DNA of 64,000 nucleotides, from NCBI GenBank assembly GCA_020348345.1, contig CP070748.1:875196-939195 (forward strand), in the 5' to 3' direction. Made by a program: the position numbers and the translations under genes. The notes below the pieces were generated by a model that was given only the letters and a program-made list of their open reading frames with translations, had not been told where the DNA came from and ran no database searches. Within the stretch, counting starts at the first letter, position 1; each line of letters begins with the position of its first letter. This document shows, piece by piece, positions 34,004-44,315 of the stretch. The DNA is from Methanobacteriota archaeon (GTDB lineage Archaea > Thermoplasmatota > Thermoplasmata > UBA10834).

Positions 34004-36613
34004 TCATTGAGGCGCGCGCTCAGCCTCGCCGTTCCGTCTCTCAGGAACCATGGTGGCCGCTCCTTTGCGTAACCTGTACCTTCCTTCTGGAACGACTATC
34101 TCGAATCGAGCACCCTTCCCGTGTTCGCCATTCTCCGTTATCGCGTAATCGGTGATGCCAAGGACTTCCCGAATCAGGAACAGTCCCAAACCCGTATTCT
34201 TGCCGTGTCCTCTATCGAAGATCCTGTCCTTCTCATCAGGAGGAACGCCCACGCCGTCGTCCTCGACAATTATGACAGCCTTATTGTTCCTGGATGCGTA
34301 AGAGATCTCAATTCGGGTTACATGCTCTCCATGACGCTTTGAGTTCTCCACGAGGTTGAGGAACACCTTCTCAAGCATCGCATCAGCCCATAGCTCCAGG
34401 CCGTTCAGATGCGACTCCACTCTGATGTCCTCTAGATCGACGCTCGCGAGCGCACTGTCCAATGTGAGTTGTGCATTGATCCATTCTGGCTCCTTGCTCC
34501 CCAGGCTCTGATAATCCCCGGCGAATTCAAGATGGTCCTGAATGGTATGAACGGCTTCTCTGGCTCTTTCAAGATGGTTTCTTGATTTCTCGTCCTCGGG
34601 TGAGCGAACAGCCATTCCCAGGTAGCCGGAGAGCACGACGAGCTGGTTAATGATGTCATGCCTTGTGATTGCGTCGAGCAGTTGCAGCTTCTCGTTCGCT
34701 TTTCTCAACGCCGATTCTATCTCCCTTCGCTTCGTTAGGTCAGAGAGAGTTGCGAGAGAACCGACATGGTCTCCCGTTTCGTCCAGCAGAGCAGATGCGC
34801 CTATGCTAACCGTCACCTTCTTTCCATCGCGACGGATGACTTCCACTTCGTAGTGACCTCGGACCCCCGTCGCACGAGACTCCATCTCTTTGCGGACTCT
34901 CTCTGCATTACGCCCGTCTAAGAAATCGAACACAGCCCTGCCAATGATCTCCTCGGCGCTGTAACCTGTAATCTCGTTTATTCTGGGATTCGCGAATGTT
35001 ATTCTACCTTCTTTGTCTATGGTGAGTATCCCCTCGCTGGACAGCTCGGCCAACATCCTATACTTCTCCTCGCTCTCGCGTAAAGCCTCTTGAGCGACAA
35101 CCCTTTCGGTAGCGTCCCGCAAGTACTCAATAACGCCCTGCGTTCTGCCGGTCTTCTCGTCCACAAGTGGGAAGGCGTGGACATCGTACCACCCGATCAA
35201 CTCGCCGTTCTGTCCCTTCCTCGAGACGAGTCCGGTTTCAGCCTTGCCACTGGCAAGGGTTCGCTGCACAGGACAGTTCTCGCAAGGCGAATCTTTGAGC
35301 TGATACACTCGGTAGCATTTCTTCCCGACTATCGGCATAGCATGATCGTACCATGCTTCCATTGAGGAATTGACTCTCAGTACGTTGAGATCGCTGTCAA
35401 TTATACTTATTCCGTCCTGAATGCTGGAGAAGATATTCGCGAGAAACTCCTCAGAGCGGCTCAACGCATCCTCGATTTTCTTCCTCTCACTGACATCTCT
35501 GGCAATCGTCATGAAAGTCGGTTTGCTGCGGTGTCTAAGTGCGCGGACGCTCAATTCGACCGGAAAAGTAGTGCCATCCTTTCTGACATGAATAGCATCG
35601 AAGAAGGCTGATCCCTTTTCGATAACTTCCTGCATCCTATCAGATACCTTTGAAGCGGACTCCTCATCATCGATGTCTTTCGGAGTCATGGTGAGCAGCT
35701 CCTCCCTCGAATATCCTAGGGTGGAGCTTGCCTTGTCGTTCACTTCAATGAACCTCCCGTCAAGCGAATGAATGAATATTGCATCGCCAGCGCCGTCGAA
35801 GAGCGCTCTGTAGTCTTCCCTGGAATCGCTGAGAGCGCTCTCAAATAATTTCTCCTCGGAGGTGTCTACGAGCGCCACGAAACCGCCTGAAATCATGCCC
35901 TCATCATCAGTGATCGGCGATGCGAAGGCCTTGATGTGCCCGCTGCGCTCAGTTTCTGGTATTCTGAAGGGTAAATCGCCTATACTCACCTGCTTCCCAG
36001 ATAGAACTTCATCGATCCATTCCTGAACTTCTTCTGTCTCCACAAATGGGATCAGGTCGCTCAAGGGCTTTCCAATCATGTTCTTCCGCAGCAGGCCTGT
36101 AACTCTCTCGGCTCCCTCGTTCCACGTCGTTATGTTAAGATCGGCGTCGACTGCAATGAGGCCGATTAGATCGCTATCAGCTATCGTTCGGCCGAGGTCC
36201 CTTGAGTTCTTGGCTCTTAGTTCAGCTCTGTGGTGTTGGGCGAGTTTCAGTATCATCATGGTGAGCTCTGCAAACTGTGCGCGGACGTCGGTACCCTTCT
36301 GGATGTACAGGTCAGCGCCGGAGTTCAACGCCTCCATGGCCACATCCTCTCTCCCCTTGCCTGTGAACATTATGAAGGGGGTCGAGTCATTCTGTGCCCT
36401 CAGAGTCTTCAGAAGCTCTATGCCATTCATTCCAGGCATGCTGTAGTCCGAGACGACAACCTCGTATTCAGTGCGCTTCAAAGCTGCCAGAGCTTCCTCT
36501 CCGGACTCAGCGACGTCGATGTATATCTTGCCGCTTCTCTCAATCATGAGCTTGGCCAACTCGAGGAAGCGCTCTTCATCGTCAACACAGAGTACCTTGA
36601 TGGGAGGATTCAT
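34004..36613 (-). CDS. Hybrid sensor: receiver (REC) - multiple PAS/PAC - histidine kinase
   Basis: REC domain (VLCVDDEE...VVVSDYSMPGMNG...FTGKGRE...YIQKG), several PAS-like repeats, H-box ITRHDIINQL, and HATPase motifs (NLVENSKRHG, DDGVGV, GLGLFLIRE). Confidence 0.85.
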   Translation of the reverse strand: MNPPIKVLCVDDEERFLELAKLMIERSGKIYIDVAESGEEALAALKRTEYEVVVSDYSMPGMNGIELLKTLRAQNDSTPFIMFTGKGREDVAMEALNSGADLYIQKGTDVRAQFAELTMMILKLAQHHRAELRAKNSRDLGRTIADSDLIGLIAVDADLNITTWNEGAERVTGLLRKNMIGKPLSDLIPFVETEEVQEWIDEVLSGKQVSIGDLPFRIPETERSGHIKAFASPITDDEGMISGGFVALVDTSEEKLFESALSDSREDYRALFDGAGDAIFIHSLDGRFIEVNDKASSTLGYSREELLTMTPKDIDDEESASKVSDRMQEVIEKGSAFFDAIHVRKDGTTFPVELSVRALRHRSKPTFMTIARDVSERKKIEDALSRSEEFLANIFSSIQDGISIIDSDLNVLRVNSSMEAWYDHAMPIVGKKCYRVYQLKDSPCENCPVQRTLASGKAETGLVSRKGQNGELIGWYDVHAFPLVDEKTGRTQGVIEYLRDATERVVAQEALRESEEKYRMLAELSSEGILTIDKEGRITFANPRINEITGYSAEEIIGRAVFDFLDGRNAERVRKEMESRATGVRGHYEVEVIRRDGKKVTVSIGASALLDETGDHVGSLATLSDLTKRREIESALRKANEKLQLLDAITRHDIINQLVVLSGYLGMAVRSPEDEKSRNHLERAREAVHTIQDHLEFAGDYQSLGSKEPEWINAQLTLDSALASVDLEDIRVESHLNGLELWADAMLEKVFLNLVENSKRHGEHVTRIEISYASRNNKAVIIVEDDGVGVPPDEKDRIFDRGHGKNTGLGLFLIREVLGITDYAITENGEHGKGARFEIVVPEGRYRLRKGAATMVPERRNGEAERAPQ

Positions 36614-36658
36614 GATGCACCTTTCAATACGATTCTCTAAACAGCCGACAAGAGGGAG

Positions 36659-36666
36659 GTTATAAC
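36659..36666 (-). promoter_or_regulatory. TATA-box-like palindromic core GTTATAAC upstream of the 34004-36613 kinase gene
   Basis: Lies 46-53 nt upstream of ATG 36613, in the 114-nt spacer between the two kinase genes. Confidence 0.3.
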
Positions 36667-36727
36667 GACTGTAAGAATACGTCCGGGCCGGACAATTAAC
36701 CTTTTCCCGACTTTATTCACTGACTAA

Positions 36728-39358
36728 TCATGAAGGGCGCTCCTGCGAACGCCCTGCGAATCTATATCCTCCTTCAGGGACGACCATCTCGAAGGCAGCC
36801 CCCTCTCCAGGCGTTCCCACCTCTTCTATCCTGATGCCTGTTATTGCGAGTATCTCCCGTATCAGAAACAAGCCCAGACCATTCCCTTCTCCATATCCTG
36901 CCTCGAATACCTTCTTCTTGTCATTCGTCGGTATGCCAATGCCATCGTCGCTGTACTTGAGAACGAGATTATTGCCCCTTCTGAAATGGCATATCAAGAC
37001 CTTTGTGACCTTCTGACCATGCCTTCGAGAGTTCATTAGCAGGTTCGGGAACACCTTCTCGAACATCGGATCGACAAGCACTTCGAGGTCATCAGAGGAG
37101 TCGACCACTTCGATCTTTCCGAGGTCCAATGACGAGACAGCTCCTGCCAGCTCGAGCTTCACCCTCGTCCATTCCGGTGATCTAGTGCCCGCCTCCTGGT
37201 AGCTGCCTGCGAACTGAAGCTGTTCCATTATGGCAAAGCATGCTTTCTTGGCGGCATTGATATGCTTAGATCTGGTGACGGTGTCAGGATCGTCCTCAAG
37301 GAGGGAGAAGTATCCCATTATGATGCTGGCCTGGTTGACGACGTCATGTCTTGTCAATGACCCGAGAAGTCCGAGCTTCTCGTTCGCCTGCCTGAGAGCC
37401 TCCTCAGTCCGCTTCTTCGCAGTGATATCCTTCGCTATAGCTGAGGCTCCGATGATCTTCCCGTTGCTATTTCTGACCGGCGATATCGTGAGCGAGACGT
37501 CGATTCTAGCCCCGTCCTTTCTGACTCGAACGGTTTCGAACCAAGGCACGCGCTTACCCCGCTTGACTTGCTTGAAGGCTCTGCGATGCTCCTCATGGAG
37601 TTCAGGAGGCACTATGAATGTCACGGATTGGCCAATCGCCTCCTCGGCGGTATAACCGTAGAGCTCCTCGGCCGCACGATTCCAGCTGAGCACTGTGCCA
37701 TCCAGGCTCTTGCTGATGATTGCGTCCAGAGAGGAATCAACGATGAGCGCCAGCCTCTCTATCTCTTCCTGGTATTTCCTGCGGTCGGTGATGTCCAGAA
37801 CGATTCCCTGATAGTCCAATATGTTTCCATCAGAATCCCTTCTTATCAAGACCCTTGAATCAATCCAACGAATCTCTCCGCCTTTGGTCATTATTCTGCA
37901 TTCCAGCTCAATTACGGAGTCCCCTGCCGCAATGCGCTCACTGGCTTCGCTCTCAAGGACGGATAGATCTTCGGGATACACAACCTCGTCGAATCTGAGG
38001 CTTCCAGACTCGAATTCGTTCGGGGTGTAGCCGAATTGAGTCACATTCTTCGACACAAAGGCCACAGACCACAGAGGCTCCGTCCGCATGAGGAAGACAA
38101 CGACAGGGCTTGCATTCACAATGCGCTCGAAGTGCTCGCGGCTTTCGAGCGGCTCAACCTGCTCAATCTGGGCGAGTCTTCTGACGCGGGTGTCGCGAAT
38201 GATGCTGACTGCGGCAGGCTGATCATAATGCTGGATGAACCGGGTGTTGATCTCGACTGGCAGAGACCTGCCCGTCTCTGAAAGCATCGTCGATTCGAAC
38301 AACGCCTGACCAGACTCCATTGCCTTCCTGAGAGCCCTCGCGAACTCTTGGCGTCGCCCTTCGCTGATGAAATCCGCTAGGAAACGGCCTTTTACACTGT
38401 CCGCCGAGCATTCAAGCCGCTGACATAGTTCTCTGTTGACGCTTATGATAGTGCCCTCGACGTCATGAATGGCAATGCCGTCCCCTGCATTCTCGAAGAG
38501 AAATCTCAATCTAGACTCAGAATCAACGAGAGATTGTTTTATCCTATTACGTTCTGATGATTCTGCGACAATCACCGCACCCCCGACGACAGAGTCTTGA
38601 CTGCTTGTGATGGGAAAGTAGCTGACATCCAGCATAGCCTCCACGCCTGTGGCATAGACTGTCCCGCTCCTCTCGTTCATTATGCTACTTGAGCCGGCCA
38701 AAGTGCCCTTCATCTTATCGTCGTCTATGAAACGGCTCAACCGTGGCACGCCTTTCGATGTCAACCGCTTGCCCACGATTCTCTCCTTTGGAACACCTGT
38801 CAGCCGTTCCATTCCGGGGTTCCATATCACCACAGCACAATTCGAGTCAAACGCTGCAATGCCGATGAAGTTCATGTCAACAATGTGAGTGTAGAACTCC
38901 ATCTCCTTCAGCAGTCGATCGACATCACGGCTCCTCTCGGTCAGTGCCGCGATCATACTGGATAGCTCCGAGAATAAAAGTCTCAAGTCCGAACCCTTCT
39001 GAACATAGAGATCCGCTCCGTTGTTCAGCGCTTCGACCGCAACGTCTTCTCTTCCTTTCCCTGTGACAATCACGAACGGCAGATCGATCCCAGTTCTTCG
39101 CATCTCCTTCAGAAAATCCAAGCCATTCATGCCAGGCATCTGATAATCGCTGACGACAACATCGAAGTCGGCTTCGGCCAGTCTTTGCAGGGCTTCTTCA
39201 GCGGATTTGACACCCTCCACGTGGATGGATCCTCCCGGACCGAGCATCCTTATCGCTAAGTCGAGGAATGCCTGTTCGTCATCTACATACAAGACTCTGG
39301 GAGGGGTGCGGCTGTCTTGGGAGGCCTCGCTCGGGCGAGGTTTAGGGGGAATCTCCAT
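36728..39358 (-). CDS. Hybrid sensor: REC - multiple PAS/PAC - histidine kinase (tandem paralogue)
   Basis: Same architecture as the downstream kinase: VLYVDDEQ...VVVSDYQMPGMNG...VTGKGRE...YVQKG, H-box LTRHDVVNQA, and NLLMNSRRHG, DDGIGI, GLGLFLIRE. Start is ambiguous (ATG 39358 or TTG 39418). Confidence 0.85.
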   Translation of the reverse strand: MEIPPKPRPSEASQDSRTPPRVLYVDDEQAFLDLAIRMLGPGGSIHVEGVKSAEEALQRLAEADFDVVVSDYQMPGMNGLDFLKEMRRTGIDLPFVIVTGKGREDVAVEALNNGADLYVQKGSDLRLLFSELSSMIAALTERSRDVDRLLKEMEFYTHIVDMNFIGIAAFDSNCAVVIWNPGMERLTGVPKERIVGKRLTSKGVPRLSRFIDDDKMKGTLAGSSSIMNERSGTVYATGVEAMLDVSYFPITSSQDSVVGGAVIVAESSERNRIKQSLVDSESRLRFLFENAGDGIAIHDVEGTIISVNRELCQRLECSADSVKGRFLADFISEGRRQEFARALRKAMESGQALFESTMLSETGRSLPVEINTRFIQHYDQPAAVSIIRDTRVRRLAQIEQVEPLESREHFERIVNASPVVVFLMRTEPLWSVAFVSKNVTQFGYTPNEFESGSLRFDEVVYPEDLSVLESEASERIAAGDSVIELECRIMTKGGEIRWIDSRVLIRRDSDGNILDYQGIVLDITDRRKYQEEIERLALIVDSSLDAIISKSLDGTVLSWNRAAEELYGYTAEEAIGQSVTFIVPPELHEEHRRAFKQVKRGKRVPWFETVRVRKDGARIDVSLTISPVRNSNGKIIGASAIAKDITAKKRTEEALRQANEKLGLLGSLTRHDVVNQASIIMGYFSLLEDDPDTVTRSKHINAAKKACFAIMEQLQFAGSYQEAGTRSPEWTRVKLELAGAVSSLDLGKIEVVDSSDDLEVLVDPMFEKVFPNLLMNSRRHGQKVTKVLICHFRRGNNLVLKYSDDGIGIPTNDKKKVFEAGYGEGNGLGLFLIREILAITGIRIEEVGTPGEGAAFEMVVPEGGYRFAGRSQERPS

Positions 39359-39558
39359 AGGCTTCACATGTTCATGTGCGCAATTGGACAAAAAGCCTTC
39401 CGTCGGCCTGTCAAACAACGCGCTCGGCAGGCGACCTACCTACCGCGCAGCTCGCTCCTCTCGCAGGTTCTAATGGATGCTTCGCGAGCGAGGATTCGGC
39501 CGCACAGCTGGCTATGAGAATGCGCTGGCGGAGAGGCTCGCCTTCGTCCAATGCCTCA

Positions 39559-39708
39559 TCATCTGCGAGCGAGATGTATATAATGGCACTCCGGGCATTC
39601 GTATATCTGTCCCTTTGTCTCGACGAGCTTCACATGCTTCCTGTGCTTCTCGCATTCGGGACAGTTGACGTCCTTACCCACATGCTTGCTGTAATCCACA
39701 GTATCCAT
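39559..39708 (-). CDS. Small zinc-ribbon protein (49 aa), absent from the ORF track
   Basis: Translation by eye gives MDTVDYSKHVGKDVNCPECEKHRKHVKLVETKGQIYECPECHYIHLARR. Two CPEC knuckles. GGAGGAATAGGC precedes the ATG. Confidence 0.45.
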   Translation of the reverse strand: MDTVDYSKHVGKDVNCPECEKHRKHVKLVETKGQIYECPECHYIHLARR

Positions 39709-39765
39709 GCCTATTCCTCCAGAGGGTTATTCGCTTGGCACGGAAAAATCTTGTCACGTCCATGT

Positions 39766-40515
39766 TCAGCTTCGAGTCTTGGTGCCATGCACAGTTTCGA
39801 CTATTTCCCTCAATGGGGTCTCAAAATCGCCGTCCTCCACCAGAGTGCCAGTTACGACGATGTCGGCTCCTGCCCGGCAAAGGACCTTTGCGTGCTCAGG
39901 GCTCGTGATTCCTCCACCCGCGATCACTGGGATGCTTACGCTCTTGCTGACCTCCTGAACCATCTCCTCCGGCACCGGCTGAGGGGCGCCGGAGCCCGCT
40001 TCAAGGTACACAAGGGCCATGCCAAAGAACTCGGCGGCGATGGCATACCCCACAGCTCTGGAAAGATCGTTTCTCGCCACGACATCCGCCTCTCCAATCT
40101 CGCCAACCTTCATTCCCGGTTCGATGACTATGTAGCCCATAGAAATCGGCTCAAGGCCAAGGCTCTTGATTATTGGCGCGCCCTTCCATTGCTCCCCTGT
40201 CAGGTTGCGAACGTTGCGCGAGTTGAGCATGCTCATGAAATAGACTGCATCGCACCTCTTAGCAATCGCGTTTGCCCCAGACGGGAAGTAGATGACGGGC
40301 AATGGACACCGATCCTTGATCTCGTCGACCGTCCGGTCGAGGTTCTCTTGGGTGACCCCCGTCGATCCGCCAACCATAATCGCATCCGTGCCGGCAGCAA
40401 AGGCCCTCTCCGATATGTCGCCCGCAGTCGGTATCGGCTGCTTCGCGGGATCGAGCAGAGTCATATGCATCTTCCTCCGCTTGAGAGTGTCCAGAATTAG
40501 AGCCTTGACCTTCAT
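39766..40515 (-). CDS. Geranylgeranylglyceryl phosphate synthase (PcrB/GGGPS family)
   Basis: HMTLLDPAKQ, DAIMVGGSTGV, YFPSG, PMGYIVIEPG and IAGGGITSPEHA motifs. 4-nt overlap with the upstream ubiA-family gene. Confidence 0.9.
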   Translation of the reverse strand: MKVKALILDTLKRRKMHMTLLDPAKQPIPTAGDISERAFAAGTDAIMVGGSTGVTQENLDRTVDEIKDRCPLPVIYFPSGANAIAKRCDAVYFMSMLNSRNVRNLTGEQWKGAPIIKSLGLEPISMGYIVIEPGMKVGEIGEADVVARNDLSRAVGYAIAAEFFGMALVYLEAGSGAPQPVPEEMVQEVSKSVSIPVIAGGGITSPEHAKVLCRAGADIVVTGTLVEDGDFETPLREIVETVHGTKTRS

Positions 40516-41381
40516 GTTATTCCACCGAAGAGAAACGCTATCAGTGCGACGATCATTGCCAGTTTGATGGCCTTCTGACCCTGCTCAGGATCTGCGAAGT
40601 GAATCATAGCGCTATATATAAAGAGTGTATCGGCGACCGCCAGAAAAGGCACATACCATGCTGAAACGAGTGATAGGAGATAGGGAGCGGGACTCAACAC
40701 CACGGCGGCCGCAATAGCGACAGACGCCACAGCGCCAGCGTTGCGAGGTCCAACTCGCATAGGGAGTGTTATGCGTGTTTCGGTGTCTCCACCGATATCC
40801 TGGACGTCCTTGACGATCTCCCTGCCCAGAGACACGAGGAATGCGAGTGCCGCGAGTATCCAAGCGAGCTGCATTCCATCAACCGCCGCACCCCCGAACA
40901 GAAAGAGCGCAGCAGTCAACCAGCTTATCGCCATGTTGCCGACGAGGCCCTCAGGCTTCAATAGGAGCTCGTATGACAGCATTATCGCCAACGAGCTCCC
41001 TACTATCGCAAACGACAGCATTCCGACGAGCCAACCCATCGCGGTTGCCACTCCGAGCATAGCTACGGCGAGCGCCAGTGCGGACCTGGCTCTGACCACT
41101 CCATTGGGTATCGGTCTTGACGGGTGAGCGGCCCTATCCAGGTCTCGGTCGAAGTAGTCGTTCAAGGAGTTACCACCTGCAATGAACACAAACACAATCA
41201 CCATGGACAGCGCCACATCTGAGGCTCGGTCGAAGACCACCTCCGGGTCAGAGCATATGACTGCTGAGAGTAGAGTGGCAACTGCCGCCATTACGCAATT
41301 GCCAAGACGGAACATCGAAAGATATCCTCTCAGAAGGCTGGAGCCGCCAATCGACGCCATCAAAGCTGGCACAGCCTGCAC
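40512..41381 (-). CDS. UbiA-family prenyltransferase, digeranylgeranylglyceryl phosphate synthase-like
   Basis: NSLNDYFDRDLDRAAHPSRPIPNG and a second Asp-rich motif KDVQDIGGD. About 8 TM segments. Confidence 0.85.
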   Translation of the reverse strand: MQAVPALMASIGGSSLLRGYLSMFRLGNCVMAAVATLLSAVICSDPEVVFDRASDVALSMVIVFVFIAGGNSLNDYFDRDLDRAAHPSRPIPNGVVRARSALALAVAMLGVATAMGWLVGMLSFAIVGSSLAIMLSYELLLKPEGLVGNMAISWLTAALFLFGGAAVDGMQLAWILAALAFLVSLGREIVKDVQDIGGDTETRITLPMRVGPRNAGAVASVAIAAAVVLSPAPYLLSLVSAWYVPFLAVADTLFIYSAMIHFADPEQGQKAIKLAMIVALIAFLFGGIT

Positions 41382-41432
41382 GGATATAAGGGTTTTGAGA
41401 TAGACTCAGGAAAAGGATTATGTAGTGTCGCC

Positions 41433-43271
41433 ATGTTGGTCGACTCTGCAATGCAAACTACCTTGCCGCCAGAAGCTGCCAAAGAGATAGATTATGTCAA
41501 GAGCTTGGTGGCACGGCATTTTCCGGTCTACGATGTCAATGTGAGCTACGACATAATCGAATTCTTCTGTCGTATCGACGAATCCACTCTCGAGGAGTCC
41601 TTTGACGAACTCCGGAAGGAGATGCTGTCGCGGGGATATGTGCCGATGATCACCTACCAGAAGGGCGAACACGTGATCATTGTGGGGAAGAGGGGAAGGC
41701 TGAAGCACCGAAGCCCGTATGTCAGCTTGACTCTGTTCGCAGTCACATTGCTGATGATGATCTACTTTGGCGCCGCGCTCTGGTCCAGCTACATCGATCC
41801 TTCTGGCGCCGATGTATTCAGCCTCAATAACATAGGCATGGGAATACTGACCTTCGTTCTTCCATTGATGGTCATACTCGGCGCTCACGAGCTCGGCCAT
41901 TATTGGATGGCCAGGAGGAAGGGGGTTGCGGTATCCTTCCCTCTCTTCCTTCCGCTGTTTCCTCTGATCGGCACTCTTGGAGCAATAGTATCGCTCAGGG
42001 ACCCGGTCCCGGACAGGAAGAGCCTGCTTGAAATTGGAATAGCGGGTCCAATCGTCGGCTTGCTCGTCGCCATTCCTATCGGTGTGCTTGGCATCTTGCT
42101 CACGAATGCGGACGGGAAGCCAATTCCGGATGAGTTCACCACGGAAGCCAGCACTGCCTTCTATCTGCCGTTGCTGTACGGATGGATTGCGGAGCTTGTA
42201 CCGATCGCCGGAGACTACGCGACCCATCCGTTGATCTTCGCCGCGTGGGCGGGATTCCTGTTGACGGCGATCAATCTCCTTCCCGCAGGACAGCTGGATG
42301 GAGGACTCATTGCCAGATCCTTGCTCGGACGCAACGCGAGATTTGTCAGTTGGGCGACGGTTGGGGCACTCTTCGTGATGACATTTCTGTGGTTGTTTTG
42401 GATCATCCTATTGTTGGTGATCCTACTGCTCGGCCTGACTCGCCCGCCGCCTCTGAACGACATAATCAAGCTGGATTTCAGGAGAAAGGTCGCGAGCCTG
42501 TGCGCGCTCGCGATATTCATCTTCACGTTCTTGCCAATGCCAACCGCGACCATCATACCAGACCATTCAATTGACATCGAACCGGCAGATGGGATGAGCG
42601 CCTCCATATCGCCGTGGGATTCAGCAGAATCTACCTTATATGTCATAAACACAGGAAGCGTCAAGAACAACATAACGGTCTTCGCTGAAAATCAATCAAC
42701 AGCGTGGACGATAGAGTTCAAGCCGATCGGTGCAAGCGACGAAATGTACGCAGACAGCGTGAATATTGCGCTCGACGTGTCGCAGAACATAACGTATAGC
42801 ATGCGAGTGACTTGCGGCTCGGCCCCACCGGGGGAGCGACAGCTGACTGTAGTCGCTCGGTCAGAATCCGCTCCGAAAGATGAGCCAGTTGAGGAACGGC
42901 TAGTCTATACGCTCACAGTGGAGCCTCCCTACGTGCAATTCTGGATCATCGAAGGTAACGTTTCTGCGCCCACTGGCGGCAACGCGACCGCGCTCGTGCA
43001 GGTGAACAACACGAGACCCGGGATTCTGCCTTTAGCTTTCACGACTAACGCCCCTCCAGATTACGTCAATGTAACACTGTATGAACATCATCCTGATGAG
43101 AACTCGACCGATAGGCTCGAGATGACAGTTCCTGCGGACGATTCCGTGACTCTGTCTGTGCTTATCTCAGTCAACAGCTCCGCCTCTTCTGGAGACTGGG
43201 TCATTACTATTCAAGCATCCTACTTCGACTTCGTCCTAGAGACGATAGAAGTCGGCTTGGCGGTTGTCTGA
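41433..43271 (+). CDS. Site-2 protease family (M50) membrane metalloprotease with large extracytoplasmic C-terminal domain
   Basis: HELGHYWMARRKG (HExxH) and NLLPAGQLDGG motifs. The C-terminal roughly 250 aa are beta-rich with many N-x-S/T sites. Confidence 0.85.
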   Translation: MLVDSAMQTTLPPEAAKEIDYVKSLVARHFPVYDVNVSYDIIEFFCRIDESTLEESFDELRKEMLSRGYVPMITYQKGEHVIIVGKRGRLKHRSPYVSLTLFAVTLLMMIYFGAALWSSYIDPSGADVFSLNNIGMGILTFVLPLMVILGAHELGHYWMARRKGVAVSFPLFLPLFPLIGTLGAIVSLRDPVPDRKSLLEIGIAGPIVGLLVAIPIGVLGILLTNADGKPIPDEFTTEASTAFYLPLLYGWIAELVPIAGDYATHPLIFAAWAGFLLTAINLLPAGQLDGGLIARSLLGRNARFVSWATVGALFVMTFLWLFWIILLLVILLLGLTRPPPLNDIIKLDFRRKVASLCALAIFIFTFLPMPTATIIPDHSIDIEPADGMSASISPWDSAESTLYVINTGSVKNNITVFAENQSTAWTIEFKPIGASDEMYADSVNIALDVSQNITYSMRVTCGSAPPGERQLTVVARSESAPKDEPVEERLVYTLTVEPPYVQFWIIEGNVSAPTGGNATALVQVNNTRPGILPLAFTTNAPPDYVNVTLYEHHPDENSTDRLEMTVPADDSVTLSVLISVNSSASSGDWVITIQASYFDFVLETIEVGLAVV

Positions 43272-43286
43272 ACTGGCAGATTGAAA

Positions 43287-44276
43287 TCAACGTCTCCTGA
43301 GAATCTGGAAATGTCGAGTCAGAGAGCGATGAACCCAGAGCTCGTGGCTTTCAAGAAGCTCGAAACCGTCGTAGTCGGCGATAAGCGATGAATCGTGCAC
43401 GACGATAGCCATCTTCGACCCGCGGTCTAGAACCTGAGACACAGACCTCATTGCCCGTAGAAGTAGGTCCGACACGGGCTCTCCATTGGTGCTGGAAGAA
43501 CGGCCGTATGGAGGGTCTGTCGCGACGCCGTCAACGCGAGGAACCAGCTTGCCGATCGAACCGACGTCGCAGAGATGCAGTATGCCTTTTGCGCCAACCG
43601 AGGCCATATTCGACCTTGCCCCTTCGATCATCCTCTCCGACACATCGGACCCTATCGCCTCGTTACCTGCAAGCGCCGCCTCTGTGACGATAGCCCCCGT
43701 GCCGCAGAACGGATCGAGCACGCGCGTTCCAGGGCGCGCCTCGGTCAGATTGACCAGGCATCTGGCGAACTTCGGGTGAATCGAGACAGGGTGATCGAAT
43801 GGCATGTTCCTCGTCTTCCGCCTTTCGTATCCCGCCCTGTTGACGAGTCCTATCAAACGCCCCAAGTGCGCCCCTTCTGAATACACGACGCGCAATTCGG
43901 AAGTTGGCCGATGTATGTTTACGCCGACTGACTGCCCGAATATAGCGCCCACTGAGCGATTGACCTGATCCAGATCGACGCCTTCGTGAGATGTGCCAAT
44001 CCTCGTCGAGTGCACGCACACCGGTCCTGGGATGTCAATCGATGAGGACATCGCCTCGACGTCTTCAGGCTGGCAGGAGCACAGATGCTCCGACACCGAA
44101 TGACACAGAGCCATTCTGTCGGCGAACGCCACAGGGTCGGCATCAGTGTCGAGAACAAGGATCCCCCTCTCATGGGCGACGACGTCCGATCTCGATCCCA
44201 GGAGTCGTCCGACCGACACTGCCTCGGAGCGCGCCAGCGACTCGCATTCCATCGATAGCTCAAGCAGCAGCTTCAC
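43287..44276 (-). CDS. THUMP-domain tRNA (guanine-N2)-methyltransferase, Trm11/TrmG10 family
   Basis: SAM motif VLDPFCGTGAIVTEAALAG and catalytic DPPYGRSS. 329 aa with an N-terminal THUMP-like half. Confidence 0.8.
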   Translation of the reverse strand: MKLLLELSMECESLARSEAVSVGRLLGSRSDVVAHERGILVLDTDADPVAFADRMALCHSVSEHLCSCQPEDVEAMSSSIDIPGPVCVHSTRIGTSHEGVDLDQVNRSVGAIFGQSVGVNIHRPTSELRVVYSEGAHLGRLIGLVNRAGYERRKTRNMPFDHPVSIHPKFARCLVNLTEARPGTRVLDPFCGTGAIVTEAALAGNEAIGSDVSERMIEGARSNMASVGAKGILHLCDVGSIGKLVPRVDGVATDPPYGRSSSTNGEPVSDLLLRAMRSVSQVLDRGSKMAIVVHDSSLIADYDGFELLESHELWVHRSLTRHFQILRRR

Positions 44277-44315
44277 AAATGAGGCAGATACGGCCGCTCA
44301 AGATAATCCTTCGCA

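Noticed and set aside
39376-40500. 374-aa plus-strand ORF
   Set aside because: It is antisense to the GGGP synthase gene and to the small zinc-ribbon ORF. Composition is Arg/Ser/Ala-rich with no family signature, so it is a shadow ORF.
41418-42227. 269-aa minus-strand ORF
   Set aside because: It is antisense to the M50 site-2 protease gene, which carries the HExxH and NxxPxxxLDG motifs. Shadow ORF.
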